Shown here piece by piece: positions 1 to 11,986 of a DNA stretch of 64,000 nt. A model generated the notes under the pieces. It saw only the letters and a list, made by a program, of their open reading frames with translations, searched no databases and had not been told where the DNA came from. The first letter of the stretch is position 1. Each line of letters opens with the position of its first letter. The stretch is taken from contig NC_043000.1 of the NCBI RefSeq assembly GCF_006345805.1, positions 23,126,001 to 23,190,000 on the forward strand. Direction: 5' to 3'. The position numbers and the translations under genes were made by a program. The DNA comes from Octopus sinensis. Taxonomy: Eukaryota.

Positions 1-369
1 ACTACATGACAGATATTTTATTTTATCAACCCTGACAGAATGTCAGGTGATGTTGACTTTTGTAGGATTTGAACTCAGAGCATAAATATAAAGTTTTAGA
101 TGCTTGACCTTATCTGTCACCCAGTTTAGCACCACCATCTGGCTCTGGTTCTCTGGTGGGAGTGCACTTATTTGCAAGCATTGAGACCAGGTCTGTAGTC
201 TGAGGCTAACTGCCTCCCACTGTTTGTGGTGTTTTTAGATACTAGCTTTATTCCTCTGACTGAGTTCATAGCAAAAATAAAACTGCTAAAAATGTAATTA
301 TGAAATAAAGAGGGAATTTACCGGAATCTGAAGCAAGTGGACTAAGTACAAAAGTGAAAGAGGGAAAGA

Positions 370-660
370 GAGCTATAGCAAAGTTTATTCAAGACAACAA
401 AGTCAAATTCGATAGATACAGTTTCGATTTAAGAGGAATCAGATTAGTATACAAGAAGGAATACTGCACAGGTATGAACCTGTGATGCATATGAAGGATG
501 AGAGGTTGGTAAGGAACTGCCAGGTGATCCATGTGGATGGAGAATGCAAAAGCGGAAGGTAAGAGATACCGAGCTCTGATACTAGAATATTGGACTTTAC
601 AAAGGAGATAATAAGGTACTGCAACATGTGGCAGAAAGGTGTGTTGTAGTTGGCCAACTC
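370..660 (+). mobile_element. Decayed RTE LINE 3' fragment
   Basis: Similar to 44390-44620 (aagaggaatca..., gtgatg..tatgaa..ga..., gtggatgg). Confidence 0.5.
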
Positions 661-835
661 TGGCTTTTAAAGTCAATTGTTGAACAGTTCTTGTAGGCTA
701 TGGTGTTTTTATCATGTTTTTATTTAACTTTTATTTCTCATTTTCCCCTTCCCCTATTTTCTTCTAATCTCATATTTTTTTCTTTCTGATACTCACTCAC
801 TCACACACACAAAACACACACACCACACACACACA

Positions 836-845
836 CTCTCACTCA

Positions 846-883
<38 letters not shown>

Positions 884-912
884 CTCTCCTCTCTCCTCTC
901 TCTCTCTCTCTC

Positions 913-995
<83 letters not shown>

Positions 996-997
996 TC

Positions 998-1031
<34 letters not shown>

Positions 1032-1032
1032 A
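836..1032. repeat. (CT)n microsatellite
   Basis: Read directly. Confidence 0.95.
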
Positions 1033-1106
1033 TACCTTGATAAACCAATGTGTGGCATTATCTTTCTTTTATGACAAATTTCAAAAATATGTTGTTTTCT
1101 AATCAG

Positions 1107-1206
1107 AGATTATCTGGAAACCGACCGACAGCTAAGTGAGATGCATGAAGAAACCAAAAGCCTTACTGAAAATATCCAGGAATTAAATAGCTGCTTAACA
1201 AACCCT
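1107..1206 (+). CDS. Internal coding exon of an unidentified coiled-coil-rich protein gene (gene starts upstream of the window)
   Basis: ttttctaatcag|A GAT TAT...AAC CCT|gtaagt. Open frame DYLETDRQLSEMHEETKSLTENIQELNSCLTNP; phase 2 in, phase 0 out. Confidence 0.75.
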
Positions 1207-1769
1207 GTAAGTATATTTCTCAATTAATCCATACATTATACCTGAAAAATTAATCCACACTATAGGCACAGACATGGCTGTGTTGTTAAGAGGCTTGCTT
1301 CCTAACCATATGGTCTCAGGTTCAGTCCTACAGTGTGGCACCTTGTGAATGTGTCTTCCATTACAGCCCCAAGTTAATCAAACTCTTGTGACTGAATTTG
1401 GTTGACTGCGACTGGAACAAGCTTGTGTGAGTGTGTCTGTACCCTGTTCATTTGAGGGGTCTTAACTTGCAAGTACTTAGCGATCTCACTGGTGCTGGTA
1501 CCATGTAAAAAGCACTCAGTACACTCTGATTGTGTCAGGAAGGACATCCAGCTGCAGGAACCATACTACAGCAGATATAGAATCTGGCATGGGTTGGACA
1601 GTTTGACAGGAGCTGGCCAGGTAGAAGACTACACCAAGCTACTGTGTCTGTTTTGGCATGGGTTTTACCATTGGATGCCCTTCCTAATACAAACCACCCC
1701 ATAGCGTGGACTATATATACATATATATATATAGATAGATAGATACTCACACACACACATATATATGTG

Positions 1770-1935
1770 ACCGCGTGTGTATCATTGGCAATTTTTTTTT
1801 CTCCGTCTTCCCTTCCTTGGATCTTTCCTTTTCCTATGTTTCTGACGTAGAGCTCCGCTCAAAACATTAAATCCTCCTTCTTTCTTTCCTTTCCTGAGCG
1901 TCCAATAACACTATACTTGTTCCACGTCCCCTGTG
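1770..1935 (+). mobile_element. Related (TA)n-embedded remnant with a degenerate hammerhead-like motif (1842-1868)
   Basis: CTGACGTAGAGC-TCC-GCTCAAAACATT, flanked by AT/GT microsatellites. Confidence 0.45.
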
Positions 1936-3197
1936 TTATATATATATATATATATACACATATATATATATATATAAAACACACATATATATATACATAT
2001 AGATACACCCAGTTTCCATCTACCAAATTCAATCACAAGACATTGATTGATCCAGGGGTTTGACAGAAGACACTTGCCCAAGATGTTGCAGAGTAGGATT
2101 GAACCTGAAACCACATAGCTGCAAAGCAAGCTAAATCTACAATGTCAGCGATCATAGTGATGTATCTTCATGGATTTGTAATATTTCAGTTCATGTCTCT
2201 TAGGTTTGTTTTCCTTTTCTCTTACAGAAACCAGTTAAAAACTAAACGAGGTGATGTATCATCTGTTAAATTAGATTAGACTTGTCGCTTGTCTGTCTTA
2301 AATATTATTATTTATTATGTAAAGCATCCACAGCTGAATTTATTTGTCAAAGATATTTTGTCTGCTTCATTTTGTTGACACAGTTATTCACTTTCTAACA
2401 ATGTGTAACAGCTTTCTATATAAAATATCAAAATTATAGAATTGCATCTGTGTGGTAAGTAGCTTGCTTACCAACCACATGGTTCCAGGTTCAGTCCCAC
2501 TGCATGGCTCCTTGGGCAAGTGTCTTCTACTATAGCCTCAGGCTGACCAAAGCCTTGTGAGTGGATTTGGTAGATGGAAACTGAAAGAAACCCCTCATGT
2601 ATATATGTATATATATGTGTGTGTGCGGGTGTGTGTGTGCGGATGTGTGTGTGCTTGTCCCCCCACTCACAAGGCTGTGGTCAGCCTGGGACTGCAGTAG
2701 AAGATACTTGCTCAAGGTGCCATGCAGTGGGACTGAACTCCAAATCATGTGGCTAGGAAGCTGACTGCTCTACCACACAGCTACGCCTGTGATTGCTAAA
2801 AATAGGCTTAGAATTAGAAGTGAATTAAGTGAGAAATAATAACAGTGAACTAATTGCATACAGTGCTCAGGTGCACTGGAACTCCTCAGAAAAAGTAGGC
2901 AAAAGTGCATGACCAGTACATAGAATAATACACTGGAAGTGGACAGTGAAAAAGAAAAGGTGGAGGGCATCAGGTACACTGTTGGTGAATTTCAGGAAAC
3001 ATGAAAGATTTGAAGGATGTAGTGTCTTGACAGCTAACAACTGATGCAGGTAGTTTATTCCATGCTTCAGCAGTTCTGAGCATGGAAAAATGTTTCAGAA
3101 AGTCATGGGTGCTGTGTTGTTTTCTGATTTTGTAAGCATGTCCACAGGTACATTATTTACATTTGACGGATATTTGTCCTCATCTTGTTTGTTGTTA

Positions 3198-3241
3198 ACA
3201 CAACATTTCGGCTGATATACTTTCCAGCCTTCATCAGGTGT
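3198..3241 (-). ncRNA. Minimal type-I hammerhead ribozyme-like motif (Penelope type)
   Basis: ACAC-CUGAUGA-A-GGCUG-loop-CAGCC-GAAAUGUU-GUGU. Stems I and II pair; there is a C>T change in the stem III palindrome. Activity not shown. Confidence 0.6.
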
Positions 3242-3561
3242 CTTGGGGAAATTTTGAACCTGGGTTCTCATTCCTAAGATATTTTTTGATGATGATGATG
3301 TTGTTGTTGTTGTTGTTGTTGCTGCTGCTGCTGCTGTTGTTGTTGTTGTTGTTGTTGTTATTATTCCAGTCACTGCCTGGAATCGAACTTGGAACTTTGA
3401 GGTTAGTAGCCCATGCTCATAACCACTACTCCATATGCCCATGGGTAGTGGTTAAGAGCATGGGCTACTAACCGAATTCGATTCCAGGCAGTGACCTAAA
3501 TAATAACAACAACAACGAAAAATACCTAAGAATGAGAACCCGGGTTCAAAATTTCCCCAAG

Positions 3562-3605
3562 GCACCTGATGACGGCTGGAGGGTATATCAGCTGAAATGT
3601 TGTGT
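3562..3605 (+). ncRNA. Hammerhead-like motif, second arm
   Basis: GCAC-CUGAUGA-C-GGCUG-GAGGGUAUAU-CAGCU-GAAAUGUU-GUGU. Confidence 0.55.
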
Positions 3606-4533
3606 TAACAACAATCAAGATGAAGGCAAATATTCGTCAAATGTAAATGATGTACATAATTCCTCATCTCTTAAATATAGAACTGTATGTCCACAGGTGT
3701 TAGACATATGGAATTAAAAAAGGTGCCCAAGGTTGTTGTTGGAAACATGGTGGATAATCTTGTGGGTATACACCAGAGTTCTGTTCAGCACCCGCTTCTC
3801 TTCGTAGTCATACTAGTTCAGCCACAAGAGAATTCAGAACTGTGTGTCCTTGGAAATGTTTGTATACTGATAAGCTAATAGCAGAAATAGTTGAAATTTC
3901 ATAGATTAAAGTTTGCTTCTTGAAATAATTAGCTTTAGTCCAGAAACCTAAATGTTAGCTAAAAGTAGTGCTAGACATGAAGGTCTGGTTGTATCACTGA
4001 AGTAGTCTGTTGTATGTGTACGAATGGCTGTGCAGTGGGTAGTGGGAAAACTGACAAGAAACTGAAATTTTATATACATTAACCCTTTAGCATTCAGATT
4101 TCTCTCTCTAATGTAATGTTTATTTATTCACAAGTACATCAACATCAAAATAAATATCAAATGGAAATTGTAGTTGTGATACATGTGCCGGTGGCATGTA
4201 AAAAGCACCATCCGAACATGGCCGATGCCAGCGCCACCGTGACTGGCTTCTGTGCTGGTGGCACATGACCAGCACGGGTACCAGTCAGGGGGTACTGGCA
4301 TCAGTCACATTCGAATGGTGCTTTTTACATGTCACTGGCATGGGTGCCAGTCGGGTGGCACTGGCATCGGCCATGACTACCATTTCACAACAGGTCTTTA
4401 CAAGCACGGCATATTACCTGACGATTGACAGGTGCTTTTAAATGGGCCAGTTATACGACACTGGCATTGGCCGCAGCTACAATCTCACTTGACTTGCCAG
4501 GTCTTCTCAAGCACAGCATATCTCCGATGATGA

Positions 4534-4573
<40 letters not shown>

Positions 4574-4575
<2 letters not shown>

Positions 4576-4870
4576 CGGGAAGCTTTATGAAAATAGACAA
4601 AAGACGAAGGCAGGTTTACGGAAATAAACAAAGACGAAGGCAGGTGGAATACAAACAAACAATTGTATTAGTATGGCGCTCAGGAAATATAAATAAAACA
4701 AGTCTTTAACGTTTCGAGCCTACGCTCTTCAACAGAAAGATACACAGAGAAAAAACACAGAAAGAAGGAGAGAAAAAAAATATGCGTGCAGAGGCTAGCG
4801 AATCAACATGGCGATCTGATTTCGGCCAGAAGTCAAAGATCAAACGTGAGATGCAAGAGCGAAATTAGGG
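4574..4870 (-). mobile_element. (TA)n-embedded Penelope-like terminal remnant with hammerhead-like motif (4703-4740)
   Basis: UCUUU-CUGUUGA-A-GAGC-GUAG-GCUC-GAAACGUU-AAAGA. Related sequences lie at ~1770-1935 (+) and ~63476-63625. Confidence 0.55.
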
Positions 4871-5433
4871 GAGATAATAGGTTTAAATGACCTCACTCCA
4901 ACATAAGAGTGTGTGTGTGTATGAGAAGAGTGTGTGTGTGTGTATGAGAGAGTATTAGTGCGTATGAGAGGTCTGGACGTGTGTATGTATATATGATGTG
5001 ATGTGTAAAGTCGTTATGGTGTAGTGTAGAGAGAGGAGATGAGGGAAGAGGGGGGGTAAGGTGGGGGAGGAGGGAGAAGGAAAGGGGAGAAGAGGAGGGG
5101 AAGGGGAGAAGAAGGAGAGGAGAAGAGAAGGGAGAGAAGGAAGGAGGAGGGAGGATAGAGGGAGAGGGGGATATGTATATGTATATGAGTGGACAAACAA
5201 AAAGTGGCACTCAACACATTTGGTAGGTTCAAATAATGTCAAGATTGGCTTTGCCTGTCATCCTTTCAGGGTCAATAAAATAAGTACCAGTTGAGTACTG
5301 GGGTCAATGTAATAGACTTACACTCTCTACCAAAATTGCTGGCCTTGTGTCAGAATTTGAAACCAAGATTATAGTTCTCATAACATTTTAGATAACCATT
5401 GTAATATTCCTTTGTTGTTTTTCCTTCCAACAG

Positions 5434-5466
5434 TTCATGCGGGGCTACACAAATACGGAGTCCCAG
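5434..5466 (+). CDS. 33-nt coding exon of the same gene (FMRGYTNTESQ)
   Basis: Strong acceptor tttttccttccaacag and donor CAG|gtaaga. Phase 0/0, continues the frame of exon 1107-1206. Confidence 0.7.
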
Positions 5467-6479
5467 GTAAGATATAAACTGATGTACTAGATTGTCTTTT
5501 ATTAAAAATATTTCTCTCAGTTTCAATACTTACTGGAAATGTATGATTTTGAGGAATGCTAATTTATTATCTAACACCTCTTTTGGACAATGGTCACCAC
5601 TACGTTCTGCAACTAATATATGTCAAAGTGCAATTAATGTGTAGAGTATAATCAGAACAAGTTCTTGGTTTTAGTCCCTGTTTGTATCTCTTAGAGTTTC
5701 ATTGGTAAGGTGTGTGTTGTGATTATTGAAGACCTGTAACAACTACTGCAGATCATTCTACAGTGAACTGAGTTTTGGTTTATATTAATTATCATCTTCA
5801 TTCTAATGTTCACTTGTCCATGCTCACATAGGTTGGATGGAATTCATTGAAGAGACTTTCTATGGCCTGATGCCCTTCGTGTCATCAACTCTCACTTCTT
5901 TCCAAGCAATGTAATATTTCCCCATGGCCGGACATATTTTTCACAGAAGACTGGAAACTAATAATATCGTTTGTATGATGATGATGCTTGTTTACAACCA
6001 TCATATGATGTCAAGAGAAATGTACACACTCACACACACACACCATCATCATCATCATCAAACATTCACTTTCCATGCTGGCATAGGCTGGACGGTTTGA
6101 CTGGGGACTGACAAGCCAGGCTCCAATCTTATCTGGCAATATTTCTTTGGTCAAACATATTTTTACAGAAGACTAGAAATGAGGACTACTGCTTGCGTAA
6201 TGGTGATGCTCATTTGCAATTATCACATGATCTCAAGACAAGGAAACTGACACATATACACACGACTGGCTTCTTTCAGTTTCCATCTACCAAATCCACT
6301 CACATGGCTCTGGCCAGCCTAGGGCTATAGCAGAAGACACTTGCCCATGGTGCCCAATTGCTATGTAGCTATGTGCCAGTACAACAATACTAGTATAACT
6401 CTACAGCTACACTGCAAAAGTTGTTTGATTATTTGATTACTCAATTTTATCAGGGCAATAATTTTATCCCTTTTCTTTG

Positions 6480-6900
6480 CCCATTGTCCCTGAGAGAGTC
6501 ATGGGAGGAGAGTGCCTGAGTGCCATCTCCATAGGATCCCATCAGAAGCAACCATCATTACACCTTCTGGTTGGCTTGCCAAGTGTGACCAATTGAGGCT
6601 ATGGATGTTAACTTAACCATCTCGTTCTTGGTCTACCCCTACAGCTCCTACTCATAAGCTCAGCTTGAAAAATATGTCTTGTGATTCATTCCTGCAACAT
6701 TCTAATCACATGTCCAGAATACCAGAGCTGTGACATCTCAATGCAGAGAAGCAGTAGCTCAACCTGGAGAGTGGAGAGACTCGTTGATCTCCAAGCTATG
6801 CATCCTGTCAAATAATGTTACTTCAGAAATTGCATTCATACTCTTTTAGTCATTCATGACCACCGGTGAGGATAGGCATAAAAGCCAAATTGGAAAATAG
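6480..6900 (-). mobile_element. Decayed RTE-like fragment
   Basis: Minus strand resembles the ...ghvirm... RTE C-terminal region; many stops. Confidence 0.35.
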
Positions 6901-7463
6901 CGCTGTTTGGGTTTTTTACCAACCTTTTCTCTTCTAAGGATCAAATGCTTTACAACTTAATGGTTATAGAATTATATATGATAACATATGACTAGACTCC
7001 ATCAGTCACAAATGATCATGGGTGCACCTAAGAGGTTCCCTTCCGGGTTACAAGTCTAGGCAAAAAGACACATCACTGGCGAACACACAACCTAGGGTTG
7101 TTTTTATGGAAGACCAGTTGTCGCCCATGCATACCAACCTCCCCTCTCTATGCTACAAATGTTATCCAAGGGAAAGGCAAAGGTCGATACAGCTTGGCAC
7201 CTGTGACATCGCAACTCATTTCTACAGCTGAGTGAACTGGAGCAACGTGAAATAAAGTGTCTTACTTAAGAACACAACACTCAGCCCGGTCTGGGAATTG
7301 AATTCACAACCTTACAATCATAAGCCCGACGCTCTAACCACTGAGTCATGTGCCTTCACTTGTGATAGCATAACTATGTAACTATTATTAGATCATAACT
7401 GTTTGCTGACATAGATATTACAGTTACATAACATTTTGTGTCTAGGGAGAGTCATGACAATTA

Positions 7464-7855
7464 TCTCTCTCTATATAAAGCTGAAGTTGTCTGTGTATGG
7501 CAGGCTTGCTAGCCTTCAACTAACACTATCTCCTCCGAGACCCTGCGGTGCAAGTTGACCAAAATTGAGAGTATGATAGAAGAATGCTTGCTCTTCCTTC
7601 CGTAGAAGAAAAAATTCTAATCGGACCATGTTAACACCAGAAATTATTTACATCAAAATGGTGCTTTTTTTCTATAAAAATCCCTATTTTTTACGATTTT
7701 TTGACTGCTGTGTTGCCATTTTTCAGTGTATTTCAACCAGAAAAATGTTCACTTAAAGAGAATAACAAGCTACATAATGCAAAATTTTTACTTTTAAAAA
7801 ATTCCAATTCTAAAGGGTTGAAACAAACCCGAGCAATGCCGGGCGATACTGCTAG
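7464..7855 (+). mobile_element. Non-autonomous Helitron
   Basis: A|TCTCTCTCTATATAAAG 5' end, subterminal hairpin CCCGAGCAATGCCGGG (7828-7843) and CTAG|T 3' end. Inserted between A and T with no TSD. Confidence 0.85.
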
Positions 7856-9212
7856 TTTGAGATAAATATATTACTTTTGTTGTTCTGCTTTATCTTTTTC
7901 TTATGTTAAGCTTGTTATTATAGTTTTTGATGTTATGCTTTTCTGAAATTGTTCTTTCCCAACTGAACTTCCTCTGTAGTAAGCTGGTATTTTGTCTACA
8001 AATGAGTACCAAGTCTGTTTTGGTTCCATTTTTGAAACAGGATCTTATGGCTCCAAATATGAAATCTTCCCTTTCCTTCTTTGGTTTGTCACTGATATTT
8101 CACAACTAATTAGTTATAGCAACCTTATTGAGTAACTATTAAACTAAAACAATATACATGAAAGGGTACTAACAATATGTAAATAATTTAATCAATAAAT
8201 GATAAAATATAGGTGTAGGTGTGGCTGTGTGGTTGAGAAGTTTGCTTCCCCCTCTCTTTCTCTCTTTCTCTCTCTCTCTCTCTGTGAGTATATTTCTCTT
8301 TGTGGAGGTGCGTGGCTTAGTGGTTAGGGTGTCAGCACCATGATCGTAAGATTGTGGTTTCAAATCCTGGACCAGACAACACATGTTCTTGAGCAAAACA
8401 CTTCATTTCACGTTGCTCCAGTCCACTCAGCTGGCAAAAATGAGTAACACTGCAATAGACTGGCATTCCGTCCAGCTGGAGAACACATCTGCCATAGAAA
8501 CCGGGCCCATGAGCCTGGCTAGGCTTTAAAAGGTCACATTTATTTATTTATTTATTTATATTTCTCTTTATGTGTATGAAGAGAGGGGAAGTGTTTTTGT
8601 CAATCATTTTCAATTAATAAATTGTAATCTTTTTCTCTCCCTCTCTCTCCTTCCCTCTTTCTTTCTCTCCATTCCTCTTTCTCCCTCTCTCTCTTTTTAT
8701 ATGTGAACAGCTAGTTTGTGTACTTAATATCTATCTATCTATCTTTCTCAGTATCTGTGTGTGTGTGTGTGTTTGCCCACAGTGCCAAAAAATACTTCTA
8801 TCAAAACAAGCTGAATGTCCGGTCAGTCAGACCAGATCAGCAGAATCCAAACAGCTCCCTCCAGTCATCACATTCTAACTAGTTGCAGTCACTGTATTGA
8901 ATTCTTTACTTGTCCAGCAACAGGTTCCACACGGTCTTTAAAGTTGTACAGTAAATGGTAAAAAAACACATTTTTATTACTTCAAACATATGCAAATGTC
9001 CTCATTTTCAAAGACCATTCCATATATGTTAGCTTGGAGAAATGGTTTAGAAATAATGAAATCAAAAGTATAAAAAACACTAGACTAAGGCCTTGGTACA
9101 AATTAGTTGTAAAAATGAAAACTAAAAACAAAAAACTATATATCAATGTCTATAAACAGCCATTCTCTTTTTGCTTTATTTAATTTATTCTCTCTTCTTT
9201 TTTTCTCTTCAG

Positions 9213-9256
9213 AAACATGCGAAAAAGGAGGAAAAAAGAAAAAAAATCTTGAAAGC
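9213..9256 (+). CDS. 44-nt coding exon of the same gene (KHAKKEEKRKKILK-A)
   Basis: Long polypyrimidine tract ...ttttctcttcag and donor GC|gtaatt. Phase 0 in, phase 2 out, matching exon 23064. Confidence 0.65.
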
Positions 9257-9314
9257 GTAATTAATCTTTATTTATTTCTTGCATGTTTCATTGATAGTAA
9301 ATTACAACTGTGAT

Positions 9315-9355
9315 GGTAGTGGTGGTATCAGTGGTGGCAGCGGTGACAGTAGTGA

Positions 9356-9406
<51 letters not shown>

Positions 9407-9420
9407 TGGTAGTGGTGGTG

Positions 9421-9456
<36 letters not shown>

Positions 9457-9515
9457 GCAGCAGCAGCAGTAGCAGTAGTAGTAGCAGCAGTAGTAGCAGC
9501 AGCAGTAGTAGTAGT
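9315..9515. repeat. Compound (AGT)/(GGT)/(AGC)n microsatellite
   Basis: Read directly; source of the poly-S/T/V/L ORFs. Confidence 0.95.
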
Positions 9516-10475
9516 ATGGTGGGGATAATTGTCATATACAAATGAGCTCTGAACAAGGGTGTAGTTAAACCGACGTTGAATCACAATCGGTAAGCGCAAT
9601 ATATTCCACTTGGGCCCAGCGACCCATTAAATCAACCCTGGAAATCATGACAGAATTTTTCAACCACTATGCAAGCTGTGGTTGTGTATATAGTGACCCC
9701 ATGGCATTGTTCTACCCAGGGGACTATGATAATGTTGTCAAAAAAACCCTGATAATTGTGTGTCATGAGTTTTTGTAGCAAATCAAAAGAATGTCAGAAT
9801 ATTTAGAAAACTTGAATGCATTTGATGCACTACAACAACAATGTACGTGTGTTCCTTCGTGACAAAGGATAATACATCTGCTCATCTCTGTTTTAGAAGA
9901 ATAAAAATAGCCCGCGTAGACTTTAGTAAGACTGTAGAAGGATAAGGTAAAAAATAACGATGCTCTTACGTCAAGACAAACTCAAAGCAGAGTACATTAC
10001 CCCAACCTCTAGCCAAAAACTATTTTCCCTCACAGATCCCTTCCACACGTTTATTCCCATTGATGTGCTGATGAAGAAAGAGGCTGTTCAAATGTCCAAC
10101 TTTTTGACATGACAATTTCTCCACTTCCAGTCTTGAGAGCTCTCTTCACTTCTCCACAAAGATTTCAGTTTAGAATTCAGTAAGCTACCATATAAACCAA
10201 ACCAAAAAGTGATTAGTTTACTCTATATATCTCTTCTACTTGTAATATTCCAAATATATAAGTTATGTAAAATTTGTTCGTGAAGAGCCATAGGCAAAAC
10301 AAATTATAGTTTGTCAGGCTGACAATAATGGTTTAAAATGATATTATAAAGGGAGATAATTTCTTCGTCAGGTTCGATAATTTGTAATTTGGTGCATTAG
10401 AGCAGAGTTAACATAAACGGTTCTTTTGTTTATTTTTTCTTTAGTGAAACTGGTTGGTTTCTATATACAGGTGAG

Positions 10476-10522
<47 letters not shown>

Positions 10523-11239
10523 AAGAAAGAGACAGAGAGAAATTTGATATGAAGTGACAAAAGGTTTTAAGGTGTTATAGTTGAGTGTTGTGGGAAATAT
10601 TGTAGAATTTTTAATAAAGTTATAATGTAGTATTTCTGTGAAGTTACTAAGAGAAATGAAATGTAATACAGACGACAATGTATAGTGTTAGCATTTGCAC
10701 ATGTTATGCAGAAACAATCTTTTGGTGAAGTTTGCATCCTTACAAAGTAACCAAAAATTTAAAATGCTGAATTTTACCTCCTTCAAGCTTAATCTATTGG
10801 GAATAGCTTCTGACATTTTATATAACAAATATTGTTCGTGATAATATATTATTCTCACAGCTTAAATGACGTGACCACCATACTTCATAAGGGAGCCTCA
10901 ATGAACTATCAAGGAAGCTGTTATATAGTCAGTCTACCAAAAATAGCAGCCAAATCTCCTTTATTTCACAATCAACAATTTTAAATAAAAAAAACACAGA
11001 TTATGTAATTTTACATGCTCCTACAGAGATGAGGTAGCCATGCTTGGACTACCTTTGATCACAGGTCTGTTCAGTTAGGCTTGGCTTAGAGCTAAACATC
11101 AATAACTTATTAGATAGAGAGCCAGTGAGGCTGATAGACTTTATCACTGAAGTAGTCTTGTGGGGATTTGAATTAAGGATGCAAAATCTGAAACAGACAT
11201 TGCAAGACATCCAGTCTGGTATTATTACAGTTTTAACCA

Positions 11240-11444
11240 TACTCTGAGTTCAAATCCTACCAAAATTGATCTTGCTTTTCACCCTTTTGGAGTCAATACA
11301 AGAATAGGGAGATCATTATCATCATCATCACGGACGCTAAACGATGATGATGATGAAGATGATGATGATGATCTCCCTATTCTTGTATTGACTCCAAAAG
11401 GGTGAAAAGCAAGATCAATTTTGGTAGGATTTGAACTCAGAGTA
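11240..11444. repeat. Perfect 77-bp inverted repeat (foldback) around an (ATC)n/(GAT)n spacer
   Basis: 11240-11316 is the exact reverse complement of 11368-11444. Confidence 0.95.
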
Positions 11445-11562
11445 CAAAAAGTTAGAACAAATACCACAAGGCATTTTAGCTAACACTTTAATGTTTGCCA
11501 ATTTGCTATCTCAAATCCCTCCCTAACATCTTAAAAAAGGAAAGACACATTAGATAATGTAG

Positions 11563-11724
11563 TTGCTGTGTGGTAAGTAGCTTGTTTACCAACCACATGG
11601 TTCCGGGTTCAATCCCATTGCGTGGCACTTTGGGCAAGTGTCTTCTACTATAGCCTCGGGTTGACCAAAGCTGTGAGTGGATTTGGTAGAAACTGAAAGA
11701 AGCCCATCATATATACATGTATGT

Positions 11725-11769
<45 letters not shown>

Positions 11770-11986
11770 TGTGTGTGTATGTTTGTGTGTCTGTGTTTGA
11801 CCCTCCAACATCGCTTGACAACCGATGATGATGTGTTTACATCACCATAACTTAGCGGTTCAGTAAAAGAGACCGATAGAATAAGTACTAAGCTTACAAA
11901 GAATAAGTCCTAGGGTCGATTTGCTCAATTAAAGGTGGTGCTCCAGCATGGCCACAGTCAAATGACTGAAACAAGTAAAAGAGTAA
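11563..11986 (+). mobile_element. SINE family A (tRNA-like head, internal (TA)n/(TG)n, AAAAGAGT tail). Representative; about 20 full or partial copies in the window
   Basis: gctgtgtggtaag...ggttcaatcccat head. Near-identical copies at 32156-32531, 55219-55670 and 62675-63066 (+); 19975-20300 and 50405-50812 (-); partials at 1270, 2448, 12450, 14035, 16010, 16310, 28105, 59703, 63120 and 63630. Confidence 0.85.

Larger units (their letters stand above)
3150..3686. mobile_element. Head-to-head inverted dimer of a tRNA-headed, hammerhead-motif-bearing short retroelement (family C)
   Basis: 12-bp TSD ATGTCCACAGGT (3138-3149 / 3687-3698). Minus arm 3150-3440, plus arm 3443-3686. A/B-box-like head; CTGATGA...GAAA motif in both arms. 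Confidence 0.8.
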
